A stretch of 64,000 bases of DNA from Mobula hypostoma (taxonomy: Eukaryota): positions 70,186,001 through 70,250,000 of the forward strand of contig NC_086097.1 in assembly GCF_963921235.1 (NCBI RefSeq), read 5' to 3'. How positions within the stretch are numbered: the first letter of the stretch is position 1; each line of letters opens with the position of its first letter. The notes beneath the pieces were generated by a model that did no database searches, was not told the origin of the DNA, and worked only from the letters and a program-made list of their open reading frames with translations. The translations under genes and the position numbers were made by a program. Below are positions 51,449 through 64,000 of the stretch, piece by piece.

Positions 51449-52726
51449 CTGAGAAAAGTAATTGGAATTATTTTTAATTGCAGAAACATCTATTTAATCA
51501 TGTAGCAGAAAGCAAGGAAAGCATTGAAAATCTAATACTCTTGAACAACTGATAAGAAAGGCAGTACAGGTTAGGACAGTTGTTCTAGCTAGAAATAAAG
51601 ATACAAACTTCAAATTATACATTGGATCATGCACTCAATATTGCTACACAATTAATAAGTATTTGATTTCAAAAGGCTGAAAACTTAGTTTACATAAACA
51701 TTTTCCACCTTTGGTGTCATAAGTCTGTAATTCCTTTCCAAGCAGTAGATTATGGGTTCAAGGAGTTAGGGTGCCACAACTTCTTTAGGTCAATTTGAAA
51801 GAGGCATCAAATGGCTCTAAAACACTTTAGAAATTCCTAAAATTTTGAAAGGCACTTTTCATGTTCTGCCCAAACCTTTTAGTTTTAGAAGCGTAGTCAC
51901 CGTTGTAAAGTTGAAATGCTAAATTTTTCTTACTTTCTTTTTGCAATTGATGTGATAATTAGATATGTTTTTTTCTCCACTGAGCAAAGTAAGTCAGTGT
52001 CAATGCAAGTCCTGGAACAAGTATTATTCCCTCTACTTGTTCATGAAAAGTGCCAAATTTCTGTATCATGCATGGGTTGAGATGGGTTCATCTTACCCAA
52101 TATTATTGGTACTGCACTTCCATCAGTATTTAAGAGCATAAGGTGGCAGTGTAAGGGGTGCTGCCTGATGTCAGCAGTTATGAAGTATTGCAGATCAGTT
52201 TTTTTTAATTTCGTCATTATTGCTTACTTTCCAACCTAGGTCACAGTTTGGTAAGTAAAATAACATTTTATTTCGAATCAATCAACATATTCTGAATTAC
52301 TGAGGCCCCACACAGTTAACTCCTTGTCTACTTTGCAACAAATCTTCCTCAATAAAATTTATCATTTCACTAGTTTTGCTTTTGTCACTAGCCTTAACTA
52401 ACTCCTTTTGGCTCAACGCTTTAGTCCAATTCTGTCCTCTATTATACCTCAGTAATTTTAATTTAAACTACAGCAAGTTGCTGTTATGGCAGTAAGAGCT
52501 TCCTGCAATATCTGACATCTATGTGAGGAGGCAAGTGGGACTTTATTTTGATAGTTTATGTTACAAATTCATTTGTTTTACTAATTGATTAGAAATAAGA
52601 TTTTTACCAGCAGCCAACAATTATAAACACTAATTTATCAGGTACACATTATGGATCATGCATTGTCTAGTAATTATAATGCTTATTAGTTATGTGTACT
52701 GAAATAAATGAGAATATATTTCTTAC

Positions 52727-52782
52727 CACTGCTACCATTTCAGCTGCATTTCCTCGAGGGCATCGTATGATTGGAACAGCAC
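52727..52782 (-). CDS. SCFD1: SCFD1 coding exon (probable exon 8)
   Basis: (G)AVPIIRCPRGNAAEMVAV; tag acceptor, gtaag donor; 56 nt. Confidence 0.95.
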
Positions 52783-52999
52783 CTATTTTAAGAAATGTAA
52801 TCAAACTACAAGATTTGCAAAAGCTCTGAAATTGATGAGCTGCTGTGCTTATCATCAATTTAGTTCTACCCACTTATTTTAAATTTCAAAAATATACTTT
52901 GAGCATAATCTCACACACACACACACAGCAAATACAATTGTTATGTCTTTCTCCACACTGAGTAGTACCTGTTTAATATATTAGCTTATAACACATCAA

Positions 53000-54760
53000 T
53001 GGCACTCTTGCTTCATGAGGCAGAGCATATGTGAAACGTTTGAGAGACTATGACAGAAAGCCCATTCACAATCTCAACAGTGGCTACACCAAGCTTCAGT
53101 TCATTCTTCAGCACATAATCTTGCACTTGCAACGTTCCAGTCGGAAGTGTTTGCCTGTGGACATTGTACATTGGAAAACAAACAAGTTACAGGCAAAGTG
53201 CACTTTCCATCAAGCTGAATATCTTCCAGCACCGACAGGTGTTTATCTCAAGGTATCTCCCTGAGAACAGCTCGAAGATCTCAGGGTCCTCTGAGGTGCA
53301 CATGGTGAACCATGACAAGAACCAGTGCATCCTTTTCCAGGCTTTCTTGTCAAATGCACAGTGCATGAGGAGGTGGGCTGATGTCTCATCCTTGCTTCAA
53401 CCATCTTGAGGTAGTGTGTGTGGTGGGAGTGAGAGTCCAGTTGGGAAGCTGGATCTAATAGGGATGGCCCTTCTCTCTGACAACCAAACAAGATCTTGAT
53501 GGTTATCTGGCAGTTCTTGTAAATGAAGCATTCTGCCAAATGCCTTTGACAGTCTACTCAGGAAGCTGTCCCAGAAACAAGAAGAAATCTGCAGATGCAG
53601 GATCCACCTTCATCTTCTCCCAAGCTCTCTCCAGAGCATTCCAAGCTCACCAATCATGGACGTGACAAAATTGTTTGCTGCAGAAACAGTCTTTTGAAGA
53701 ACAGGCAGCATGGCAAGATCTCACCACAATACCAGGTTCATTGCAACAGTGGGGACAGATAAAACCTCAAGATAGTGACAATTGGTGTTAGCCTACTCTG
53801 TCTTTAAATACAGCTCAATGGAACCACACCCAAAAATGGCCACTGTAATGAGAATGATGTTGAGTACATTTCCCCTCCCCCCTTCACTGGAGACCTTTAC
53901 ATAATGACCAATGGATGAAGTACATTCTGGATCTCCAGATGAAGTGAAGGATGACTTGGGTGACTGCAAGGGCATGGTATTAGGGATTGTGCCACACTTG
54001 TGCTGCGCTTAGCTATACTGAGAACACTTCACACCTGAACAGCACTTCCTTGCTTGCCATCAAGAAACAGCGCTATTCCCAAATTCCCAACTTCTGTTTC
54101 ACCTTTGCCATCTGCTCCAGTCAAGCCTTGACACTTGCACCAGCATCTCAGTATCAACATCCCAGCACCTTCTGGTAGTCAAGCTTGATGATGAAGGGAA
54201 CAGTGGAACAGTTGTTCGTATGGTCTCATTCTTACTGCAATCAATTCCAGTTCATGGAGTTCATTCATGCTTGTTATATACGCTGATTAATCTGTGAATC
54301 AATCACGAGTACAAGCAGAAGGCAGTGACTTTATCCATATTCAGAGAGGGTCTGATCTGAGTGCCACCGACTGCCTGGCATCATCACCTCATCCTTCCTC
54401 AAGGAATTAATGAAAAACTAAAAATGACACATCAACAAGACACAGAAGAGTGGGCAACCTTGCTAGACTGCAGAGTTGATTGGAAAAATTGTTGTTTCCT
54501 GGTAATAGTATGGCCTGCACTACTGCTGTCTATGTAGGGCAGTCGTATTCATTTGTTGATTCCTTCCCTAAAGATCATTTCAGAGAACACATCCACCACG
54601 TATTCACCATCAGCTCAAGTTTCACTTAAAGTCAGCCGACACATCCATGTAATGTGACAGACTTCTTACTATCACTCTACTTGGTTTCTTCCCCATAATT
54701 CCATCTGCAGGATTTAAAACCCCTTAGTAGGTGACCATGGAGGTGCATCACACCCAACCA
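53000..54760 (-). mobile_element. Heavily decayed non-LTR element, possibly L1/Tx1
   Basis: GC-elevated block; minus-strand scraps such as atttggcagaatgcttca (IWQNAS) and ttgacaagaaagcc; no long ORF. Confidence 0.4.
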
Positions 54761-54892
54761 CCCTGATACACAACATATCAATGGACAGCCCAAAATATTT
54801 AAGAAATTCATAAGAGCATACTTTCTTTAAAGCAATTAAAACACCATAAAAACTGTAATATCAGAAATAGGGATTTGCTACACTCCACTTAC

Positions 54893-54982
54893 CCATTGTG
54901 ACAAAAAAACAGAAAAGGCTATCCACCAGAGTGTCCATAATTATTTCCATTTCTGTATCAGTGATATCAGGTCGATTGATTG
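54893..54982 (-). CDS. SCFD1: SCFD1 coding exon (probable exon 7)
   Basis: (A)INRPDITDTEMEIIMDTLVDSLFCFFVTM; cag acceptor, gtaag donor; 90 nt. Confidence 0.95.
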
Positions 54983-55349
54983 CTGAAATAAGATGGGGAG
55001 AAAAGAAATTGTATGCCATACACCAACCAAGAGATCCCAAGCCATCTTGCAGAGACTTGTTTACCTTCGAAACATAATTATTATATTGTTGAAAATATAG
55101 TAGACACTATACGCTCAACAAGCTATAACAAAAGACGATAAAATGAAAAAAATAATAATGTTGGCAAAACAGATATTGGCCATGACATGAAAATAATTCT
55201 CTTCACCTTTTCTGAAATGATGCCCTTGGACTTACACTTATCCAAGAGGTGCTAACAGGTCTCACTTTAAAACTGCATCCATATTTAGCTACAGTGATAC
55301 ATTGCATGCAAGTTCCACCTAGATTCCTGTGCTCAGTTTTCTGTAGCAC

Positions 55350-58300
55350 AATTGATGAACAAGAGTTCAGCTCTCACTCAATGTCAGCAAAACCAAAGAG
55401 CCTATTATTGACTACAGGTGGAGGAAACCAGAGATCCATGAGCCATTTCTCATGACGGGATCAGAAATGGAGAGAGTCAGCAACTTTAAATTACTTGGCA
55501 TTATTATTTCAGAAGATCTGTCCTGAGTCCAGTATGTAACTGTCATTACAAAAAAGGCAAGGCAGGACCTCTACTTCCTTAGAAGTTTGCACAGTGCACC
55601 CTGATGCCTTTCCTATCATTGCGGGAGATTTCAACCAGGCTAGCTTGAAGAACTCTCTGAACAACAACCACTAACATATCACCTATGAAGCCAGAAGAGC
55701 CAACACACTTGACCACTGTTCTACCAGCATCAAGAAAGCTTACCGTGCCATCCCACGCCCACACTTCGGCAAGTCTGATCATCTGGCTGTACTTCTACTC
55801 AGGGATTCAATTTCATGATTCTGGGAATGAAAGGGTTAAAATATGAGAAGCGTTTGGCAGCTTTGGGCCTGTACTCACTGGAATTTAGAAGAATGTGTGG
55901 CTGGGGGGGGGGGGAATCTCACTGAAGCCTACTAAATGTTGAAAGGACTAGATAGGAAGGATATGGAAAGGATGTTTCCCATGGTGGGTGTATCCAGAAC
56001 TAGGGGGCACAGCCTCAAATTGAGGGGAGGATCCTTTAGAACAGAGGTAAGGAGGATTTTTTTTAGTCAAAGAGTAGTAAATCTGTGGAATGCTTTGCCA
56101 CAAACTGCGGTGGAGGCCAAGTCCATGCGTATATTTAAAGCAGAAGTTAATTGTTTCCTGATTGGTCAGAGCATCAAAGGATATGGCGAGAAGGCAAGTG
56201 TATGGTATTGAGTGGGATCCGGAATCAGCCATGATGGAATGGCGGAGCAGACTCGACGGGCTGAATGGCCTAATTCTGCTCCTGTGTGTTATGGTCTAAG
56301 TCTAAATGAGTATGCCACACTTGCCATCTGTGTGCATAAGCATACTGGACATATCCCAAACTAAAAGCTGTGGAACAACCAGGAGATTTGTAGCCTGCTG
56401 AGGGGTAGATCTGTGGCATTCAAGACCAGTGATCCAGAACGACACATTTCTTCCACGAATGACCTACGGAAGGCTATTAAAGATGAAAAAACAATTCTGA
56501 TTGAGGATAGCGACAAAATCAGACGCACATCAGCTCTGGCAAGGTTTGCAGGCCAGTACTTGGTGAGGCTCTGAAAACCTGTGCCAACCAACTGACAAGA
56601 GTGTTCAACAACATCTTCAGTCCCTCACTGCTGCAGTCAGATATTCCCACCCGCTTCAAAAGGGTGACAATCATATCAGTGCCCATGAAGAGAAGGGTGA
56701 GCTGCCTGAATGACTTTTGTCCAGTGGCTGGCACTCATATCTACTGTAATGAAGTGCTTTGAGAGCTTAGTCATGGCTAGTATCGAATCTTGCCTAAGCA
56801 AAGATCTGGACCCACTGTCATTTGCCTATCACAACAGATCTACAGCGGATGCAATCTTACTGGCTCTCCACTCACCCTTGGATAACCTGGACAACTGCAA
56901 TACGTATTGTCCATCGGGCTGCTGTTTATTGAATACAGCTCAACATTCAAGACAAATCATACCCTCAGTTCTAATCAACAGGATCTGAAACCTGACCTTT
57001 GTACCTCCCTCTGCTACTGGATCGTTGACTTACTCACCGGGAGACCACAGTCTGTGCAGATCGGAAGTAACATCTCCTCCTCACTGATAATCAACACTGG
57101 CACACCTTAAGGATGCGTGCCCACTGCCCTACTGTCTCCACGCCCATGATTGTACAGCTAGGCACAGCTCAAACACCAGCTATAAATTTGCTGATGACAC
57201 AACTATTATTGGCAGAACTTCAGATGGTGACAAGGAGGTGTACAGGAGTGAGATAGACAAGCTGGTTGAGTGGCGTTGCAACAATAACCATGCACTCAAT
57301 GTCAGTAAGACAAAGGAATTGAATGTGAACTTCAGGAAGGGGAAGTCGAAGGAACACACATCAGTACTCATCAAGGGATCAGAAGTAGAAAGGGTGAGCA
57401 GTTTCTAGTTTCTGAGTGTCAACATCTCTGAGGATCTATCCTGGGCCCAGCATTTCGATGCAATTACAAGAAAGGCATGACAGCAGCTGTATTTCATGAG
57501 GAGTTTGAGGAGAATTAGTACGTCACCAAAGATACTCGCAAATTTCTGCAGAGAATCAGAAGATGCTGCAGAAAGTTGTAAACTCTGCCAGCTTCATTGT
57601 GGACACTGGCCTCCCCCAGCTTCAAGGGCACCTTCAAAATGCAATGCCTCAAAAAAGGTGGCATCCATTATTAAGGACCCCCATCACTCTACCATTAGGG
57701 TGAGGGTACAGGAGCCTGAAGACACACACTCAACTTTTTAGGAATGCTACCCAGGTATTTTTTCCTCTCTTTTTGCACTAATTATTTAATATAATTGTCT
57801 TTTTTATATATTCTTTTTATTGTAATTTATAGTTTTAATTATAGATTGCATTGTACTGCTGCTGCAAAAGAACGAATTTCATGACATTTTCCAATGGCCA
57901 ATGATATTAAACCTGACTCTGATTCTGAATCAACATGTCATCTAAAACCTGATGAACTTCTATAGGCGTGTAGTGGAAGGTATACTGACTGATTGCATCA
58001 CAGCCTGGTATGGAAACACCAATGCCCGAGAATGGAAAAAAAACTACAAAAGGTAGTGGATACTGCCCTGTCCATCACAGGTAAAGTCCTTCCCACCATT
58101 GACAAGTAACGCTGTCGCAGGAAGGCAGCGTCCATCGTCAAGGACCCTCACATCTCTTCTTGCTGCTGCCAACAGGATGGAGGTATAGGAGCTGTAAGGT
58201 TTGGGAACAGTTATTACCCCTCACACATCAGGCTCTTAAACTAGAGGGGATAACTTCAATCACCCCAACAATGAATAGATTCCACAACCTATAGACTAAT

Positions 58301-58494
58301 TTTTAAGGATTCTGCAACTCATGTTCTCGATATTTATTCCTTATTTATTATTATTGTTATTTTTGTGTTTGCAGTTTGTCGTCTTTTGTACATTGTTTGT
58401 CTCTGTCATGTGCAGTTTTTCATTGATTCTATCACGTATCATATTTACTGTGAATGCCTGTAACAAATGAATCTCAGGGTAGGCTATGGTGACA
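55350..58494 (+). mobile_element. Nested Rex1/Babar fragments with an internal CR1 3' fragment (~55801-56300)
   Basis: Outer Rex breaks at ~55590 and resumes ~57930; inner Rex has IAGDFNQA, MKCFESLV, KFADDTT and a ctgatt tail; CR1 has SRTRGHSLK...FFSQRVVNLWNALP. Confidence 0.78.
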
Positions 58495-58496
58495 TA

Positions 58497-60116
58497 CAGT
58501 AATATGCAAAAGTTTGAGCAGCCCTGGTCAAAATTTCTGTTACTGTGAATAGCTAAGTGAGTAAAAGATGAACTGATTTCCAAAAAGCATAAAGTTAAAG
58601 ATGACACATTTCTTTAATATTTTAAGTAAGAAAACTTTTTTATTTTCATCTTTTACAGTTTCAAAATAACAGTAAAGGAAAAGGGCACGAAGCAGAAGTT
58701 TGGGCACCCTGCATGGTCAGACTTAGTAACACCCCCTTTGGCAAGTATCACAGCTTGTAAACGCTTTCTATAGCCAGCTAAGAGTCTTTCAACTCTTGTT
58801 TGGGGGATTTTCGCCCATTCTTCCTTGCAAAAGTCTTCTAGTTCTTGAGATTCTTAGGCCGTCTTGCATGCACAGCTCTTTTGAGGTCTATCCACAGATT
58901 CTCGATGATGTTTAGGTCAGGGGACTGTGAGGGCCATGGCAAAACCTTCAGCTTGCGCCTCTTGAGGTAGTCCATTGTGGAGTTTGAGGTGTGTTTGGGT
59001 TCATTATCCTGTTGTAGAAGCCATCCTCTCTTCATCTTCAGCTTTTTTACAGACAATGTGATGTGTGCTTTCAGAATTTGCTGGTATTAAATTGAATTCA
59101 TTCTTCCCTCTACCAGGAAATGTTCCCCGTGCCACTGGCTGCAACATAAGCCCAAAGCATGATCGATCCACCCCTGTGCTTAAAAGATCAGAGGGGTTCT
59201 TTTCATGAAATTCTGCACCCTTTTTTCTCCAAACATACCTTTGCTCACTGCGGTCAACAGGTTCTATTCAAAAGGTTCAAAGGAACATCTCAGCAAGCCT
59301 GATGCATTTTGGAAACAAGTCCTGTGGACTGAAGAAGTTAAAATAGAACTTTTTGGCTGCAATGAGCAAAGGTATGTTTGGAGAAAAAAAGGGTGCAGAA
59401 TTTCATGAAAAGAACACCTCTCCAACTGTTAAGCAAGGGGGTGGATTAATCATGCTTTGGGCTTGTGTTGCAGCCAGTGGCACAGGGAACATTTCCTGGT
59501 AGAAGGAAGAATGAATTCAATTAAATACCAGAAATTCTGAAAGCAAACATCACACTGTCTGTAAAAAAGCTGAAGATGAAGAGAGAATGGCTTCTACAAC
59601 AGGATAATGATCCTAAACACACCTCAAAATGACACAATGGACTACCTCAAGAGGCACAAGCTGAAGGTTTTGCCATGGCCCTCACAGTCCCCTGACCTAA
59701 ACATCATCGAGGATCTGTGGTTAGACCTCAAAAGAGCAGTGCATGCAAGACGGCCTAAGAATCTCAAGAACTAGAAGACTTTTGCAAGGAAGAATGGGCG
59801 AAAATCCCCCAAACAAGAGTTGAAAGACTCTTAGCTGGCTATAGAAAGCGTTTACAAGCTGTGATACTTGCCAAAGGGGGTGTTACTAAGTACTGACCAT
59901 GCAGGGTGCCCAAACTTCTGCTTCGTGCCCTTTTCCTTTACTGTTATTTTGAAACTGTAAAAGATGGAAATAAAAAAAAACTTCTTGCTTAAAATATTAA
60001 AGAAATGTGTCACCTTTAACTTTATGTCTTTTGGAAATCAGTTCATCTTTTACTCACTTAGCTAATCACAGTAACAGAAATCTTGACTGGGGTGCTCAAA
60101 CTTTTGCATGCCACTG
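58497..60116. mobile_element. Palindromic Tc1 derivative (two inverted 3' halves)
   Basis: TA-CAGT...ACTG-TA; ~770-bp arms each with QQDN.PKH and WPSQSPDLNIIE; central spacer encodes FWKQVLWTEE. Confidence 0.92.
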
Positions 60117-60707
60117 TATATGCACTTTGATAATAAATTTACTTTAAACTCCTTTCTAAAATCACTAAAAAATAAATTAAACTTAAATATTTCAAAAAAC
60201 GAAGAGTAATACAGAAAAGTTAACAAGCAGTGCTTGAGGTTTTTAGTTCTCATTTCTTTTATTCAGTAAGTACAAAACTCATTTCAAAATGTTGAGAATT
60301 GAATGCTTTTTTCTGGTAGGTGACATCAGAGAAGGATTTTCATAGAACCATAAAAATATTTTATCAGTATTGATATTTAATGTTTTGACATAATTTTTAA
60401 ACATTCACCCACTGTGCATTCTATTTGTAAAAATATTTCATGTTTTAGACTAATCAATATATTTTGGAATCTGATGGAGTCGTTACACCAATTAAATTTA
60501 ATGCACCATAGTTTCATCAGCAGAGAAAGCCTGGATTAATTTTCATGCTAAAAGAAATAACCTTTTTCTACCAAAAGAAGAACTGTATTTTAAATACAAC
60601 TTAATTATGTTATTATTTTAGACTATAAGTGAAAACTGGTTTGAATCTGAGAAAAAACACTCCTGATGCACATAATAATATAGAAATAAAGAAATTGGAA
60701 ACAATAC

Positions 60708-60795
60708 CATGATATGAAATCAGCTGTTTGTTCTGATTGCACAGTACGAACATGTCATCTTCCAAAGTGATAAAGTTTAAATACTGATCAAATAA
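60708..60795 (-). CDS. SCFD1: SCFD1 coding exon (probable exon 6)
   Basis: LFDQYLNFITLEDDMFVLCNQNKQLISYH (inside ORF 60613..60834); cag acceptor, gtatt donor; 88 nt. Confidence 0.95.
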
Positions 60796-61194
60796 CTGCA
60801 AAAATAGGAAAGCAGAAAAGAATGTCAATATCACATAATGCTAAATTCTTTAATATCAGCAAAACCCATAAAGTGCAATTGAAACTTCAGATTTAGGAGA
60901 GAGAACCATGATCTGTAGAAAGTTGCGAACAATTTTCTTTTGATACAAGTGTAACTAGCACATAATTATATTTCAGTCGAAGTAAAAGAAAATTGTTCAC
61001 CATTAAGACTCTATGTTGAATCAGCTTGTATATTAATCAAACTTATTAACTGCGCAATTGCCTTAAAAACATAAACTTGCTATAGGGGAAGCACATTTTA
61101 AATGTAACCAAAAAATCTGGTGTATCAAATAATACTCAAATCATGTGACCACTTAACAATTATTAAAATTAATTTGTAATCAAGATTGTTGATT

Positions 61195-61456
61195 TTTTCT
61201 TTTTTTGTGTGCCATACTCTGCCAGAGCCTCGGCGACCACTTTTTGAAGTGGTTGTCTTGGAGGAAAGATTCTGTGAGTGGTCTTCCACGTCCTTCTCAC
61301 AGCGCAGTCTCCTTTTTTTTAACGAGGCTGAGTTGTGAGTTCAACACTCAACCCAGCACGGATGGAAAGCGTGCTGGGGAGCAGCCCAACTGGGTTCGAA
61401 CTTGGGAACCTTCGCTCCGGAGTCCAGCGCTGATGTCACTGCACCACCACCCGGTT
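61195..61456 (-). mobile_element. tRNA-derived SINE with poly(A) tail
   Basis: Minus-strand head ccgggtggtggtgcagtgac...aagttcgaaccc (A and B boxes); T run ~61193-61206; imperfect TSD tcaagattgttgatt / tcaaactgttgatt. Confidence 0.72.
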
Positions 61457-61806
61457 TCAAACTGTTGATTAAAAACTGATTATATAGGACACAATGTTAA
61501 TGAGCCATATCCAAATAGGTTGCGTATCTGTTTCAATGAAACAGTTATTATTTTGATTGGGAACATGCTTTAACAGATCAGCACTACAGAAGATTTATGA
61601 TGTTGAAAGGTTACACCATAAGACTCAAAAATGTTGATCTAGGCATCCAACAAACAGATGGTAATTGGCAACTTTCAAAAAAGAAAATATCAACACTGAA
61701 ATTCATTTAAATCTATTGCAACTTTGTAATTTAACTTTTTTTGATACAGGGTAAATGAAGAGATCAGAACAAAGCATGATTTCCTCAGCTAATGCAATCA
61801 TCTGAC

Positions 61807-61929
61807 CTTGGCAACTTGGGCTACTGCGTTTGTACTCAGAGCTGCACTGGCAATGTCTTCAAGTTTACCCCTTGAAATTGCTGAGATGAAATTTAAGTAA
61901 TAGGACTCATAAAGTTGGTTCCGAAGATC
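61807..61929 (-). CDS. SCFD1: SCFD1 coding exon (probable exon 5)
   Basis: DLRNQLYESYYLNFISAISRGKLEDIASAALSTNAVAQVAK; tag acceptor, gtcag donor; 123 nt. Confidence 0.95.
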
Positions 61930-62075
61930 CTACAAAAGCAATTGTGCTTAAAATTAATATTAAAATCATAAAATTGAAATTGTAAATATTCAAACAAATA
62001 ATATTCTTAACATCAGTTAAACCTTTCCATTTCAGATATATAAAAAGCCACTTTAATCAAAAAGCCATTAATTAC

Positions 62076-62166
62076 CTGGCATACTCTGTCAACATTTTCT
62101 TCTGTTGGCATTATAAAATAAATTGCTGGAACATCTGGAATCGGATCTCTGTCAGAGTGCAATAAC
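62076..62166 (-). CDS. SCFD1: SCFD1 coding exon (probable exon 4)
   Basis: [30 protein letters not shown]; cag acceptor, gtaat donor; 91 nt; phase matches previous exon. Confidence 0.95.
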
Positions 62167-62863
62167 CTGAAAAATTGTAATTACAAATTAAAACCAAATA
62201 CTACAGATTATACCTAACATACTGATATACAGGGAAAATAACTTCCCCAGAAATAAAGCACAACAAATCTAACATTAGATTTATACAAATTATGTATTTT
62301 GAAAGTTTTGAAAACTAATGGTGTATTTTCCCATGACTTATGGATTATTAATGTAGTCCTAAATGAATAATCTAAGCACTACGCTTCATGAAACTTCCGT
62401 TGTTATTTAAGAGTGTCTAAGCAAGACAGCAACTGTACAGCATGCAGTTACTCAAAGGTGTAATTATGTTGACCAAAATGGCAAACCAAAATCTAATGTT
62501 TACTTGCATTTTATTCACTAAATGAAAAAAACAAAACAAATTTATGAACTCCGAACAGCAAAGAATATCGTCAACATATCTACTAATTTTAACATGACTG
62601 TGCTTAAGGTAGTATAGGCAGTCTATAAAGAGATTGTTCATATTCTTCATTTCTAAAAATCAACCATAGAACCATGCAAATCTGGTCCAGTTATTTTTTA
62701 AATCGTTCAGGCCAATAAAACAGTCTAATTGAGAACAATTGTTTCAATTAGGATAATGATAACTAATTTAAGATATTTGAGGGAAAAACCCTTCCTTAAA
62801 ACATGTCTTACTCCATTATGTTCTAACTTTAAATTCAGTTGTCCAAGATTAAATTAATCTTAC

Positions 62864-62952
62864 AGGTGTAAAGTGATGCCCATATCTCTCAATTCTTTCA
62901 CAGAGAGTAACGGTGAAATGATGTCTTGACCAAATCGGTCGTAGATCAGAAT
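62864..62952 (-). CDS. SCFD1: SCFD1/Sly1 coding exon (probable exon 3)
   Basis: Translates ILIYDRFGQDIISPLLSVKELRDMGITLH(L), matching recalled vertebrate SCFD1; ctgtag acceptor, gtaag donor; 89 nt. Exon numbers are inferred from the recalled human gene. Confidence 0.95.
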
Positions 62953-64000
62953 CTACAGAAGAAACAATTATATTAGAAACAAAGAATTATGGCTTAAAGA
63001 ATAACACTTTTTTTTCTTTATATTAATGTGAATGCAGATTACTGCAGAGGTTGTGACTTTGAAACAAAAGACCAGAAGATCATCCATGGAAAAATAAAGT
63101 TTATGTTTCAGATCAAAGAGTTGGGGAAAAAAAACCCAGAAGTTTTAAGATGTAAGAAAAGGGGAAGGGCACAGGGAAGGACAAAGAGAAATCTGAAACA
63201 ACTAAATTGATAATGATGCAAGGAAATGGATTGGTCAAGAGAACAAAACAATGGCAATAACAAAATTCTCTGAAATTATAATATAGAGTCCAGAAGGTTG
63301 TTTTGTACTTAGTTGAAAAATAAGGTGCTCTTCTTAAGGTTTTTGGAGCTGTGTAGTAGGTTGAAGACAAAGGCCAAAGTGGGTGTGGAAATAAGAGTTT
63401 TAAGTAACAAGTACCCAGAGTTTAGGTTCAAGTTTGTGGATTAGTTTGGCCAGAAACTATCAGCATAATGACTTCCACCCATCATACATCTTCCCTTTGA
63501 TATTTTGCTCTCATCTCCACATGCATCCTAAAAAAAAATTGCTTTTATCCTTAATGTTTTTGTTGACCCAAAACATTAATTTAGATTCTCTCACCAGATG
63601 TTGCATAGCCTGCTGAATATCTCCAGCATTTCTGGCTTTCATTCATTAATACTAGTATTCCAGTGTTAGAAGCTTGTCCACTGATACACCAGTCCTACTG
63701 TCAACAAATACACTATAAATACTCCCAAATTTTATTTTTGTCACTACCAAAAAATATGTGCATTAAACTCGAGTGATACTGCTTTAAAATTAAGTAGAAA
63801 TACAAGTGCAAACAGTTTTAATTAAATCTGGTTATTGTATCCAATCAGATTTTTCTTAGCTGACACAATTTCAATCTTTTTGTCTTTGCCAAATTAATAG
63901 TGAGCTGAATGGAGTTAGAAAATACAATACTTTAAAAACTTAGCTTAAGAATTTTAATGATCAAGTTGTTTTATATGTGTTGACATTTGCCAACAGTCTA

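Noticed and set aside
61390..61456. Possible tRNA gene
   Set aside because: No convincing cloverleaf; it continues into a SINE body with an A tail and TSD.
62953..64000. Upstream SCFD1 exons or promoter
   Set aside because: No ALKRMLNFN-like coding sequence and no CpG island seen.
1..64000. Prokaryotic systems (CRISPR array, operon, defence island)
   Set aside because: The sequence is a spliced vertebrate gene with eukaryotic transposons; no regularly spaced repeat-spacer array was seen.

Overview
AT-rich vertebrate genomic DNA. The repeat mix (CR1, Rex1/Babar, Penelope, fish-type L1) suggests a fish, probably a cartilaginous one (inference). The whole window lies inside one minus-strand gene, SCFD1 (Sly1, Sec1/Munc18 family). 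I located 14 consecutive coding exons by hand (62952 down to 6933; 1278 nt, 426 codons, phases consistent). The first exons and the 3' exons appear to lie outside the window, and one intron has a GC donor. The introns are packed with transposons: an intact full-length L1 with an 18-bp TSD, Penelope-like insertions carrying minimal hammerhead ribozymes (including a 1.3-kb tail-out palindrome with a 15-bp TSD), a 1.6-kb palindromic Tc1 derivative, a hAT/Charlie element containing a CR1 tail, a solo LTR, MITEs, SINEs and many decayed CR1, Rex1 and RTE fragments, often nested. Boundaries of decayed elements are approximate and family names come from motif recognition, not database search.
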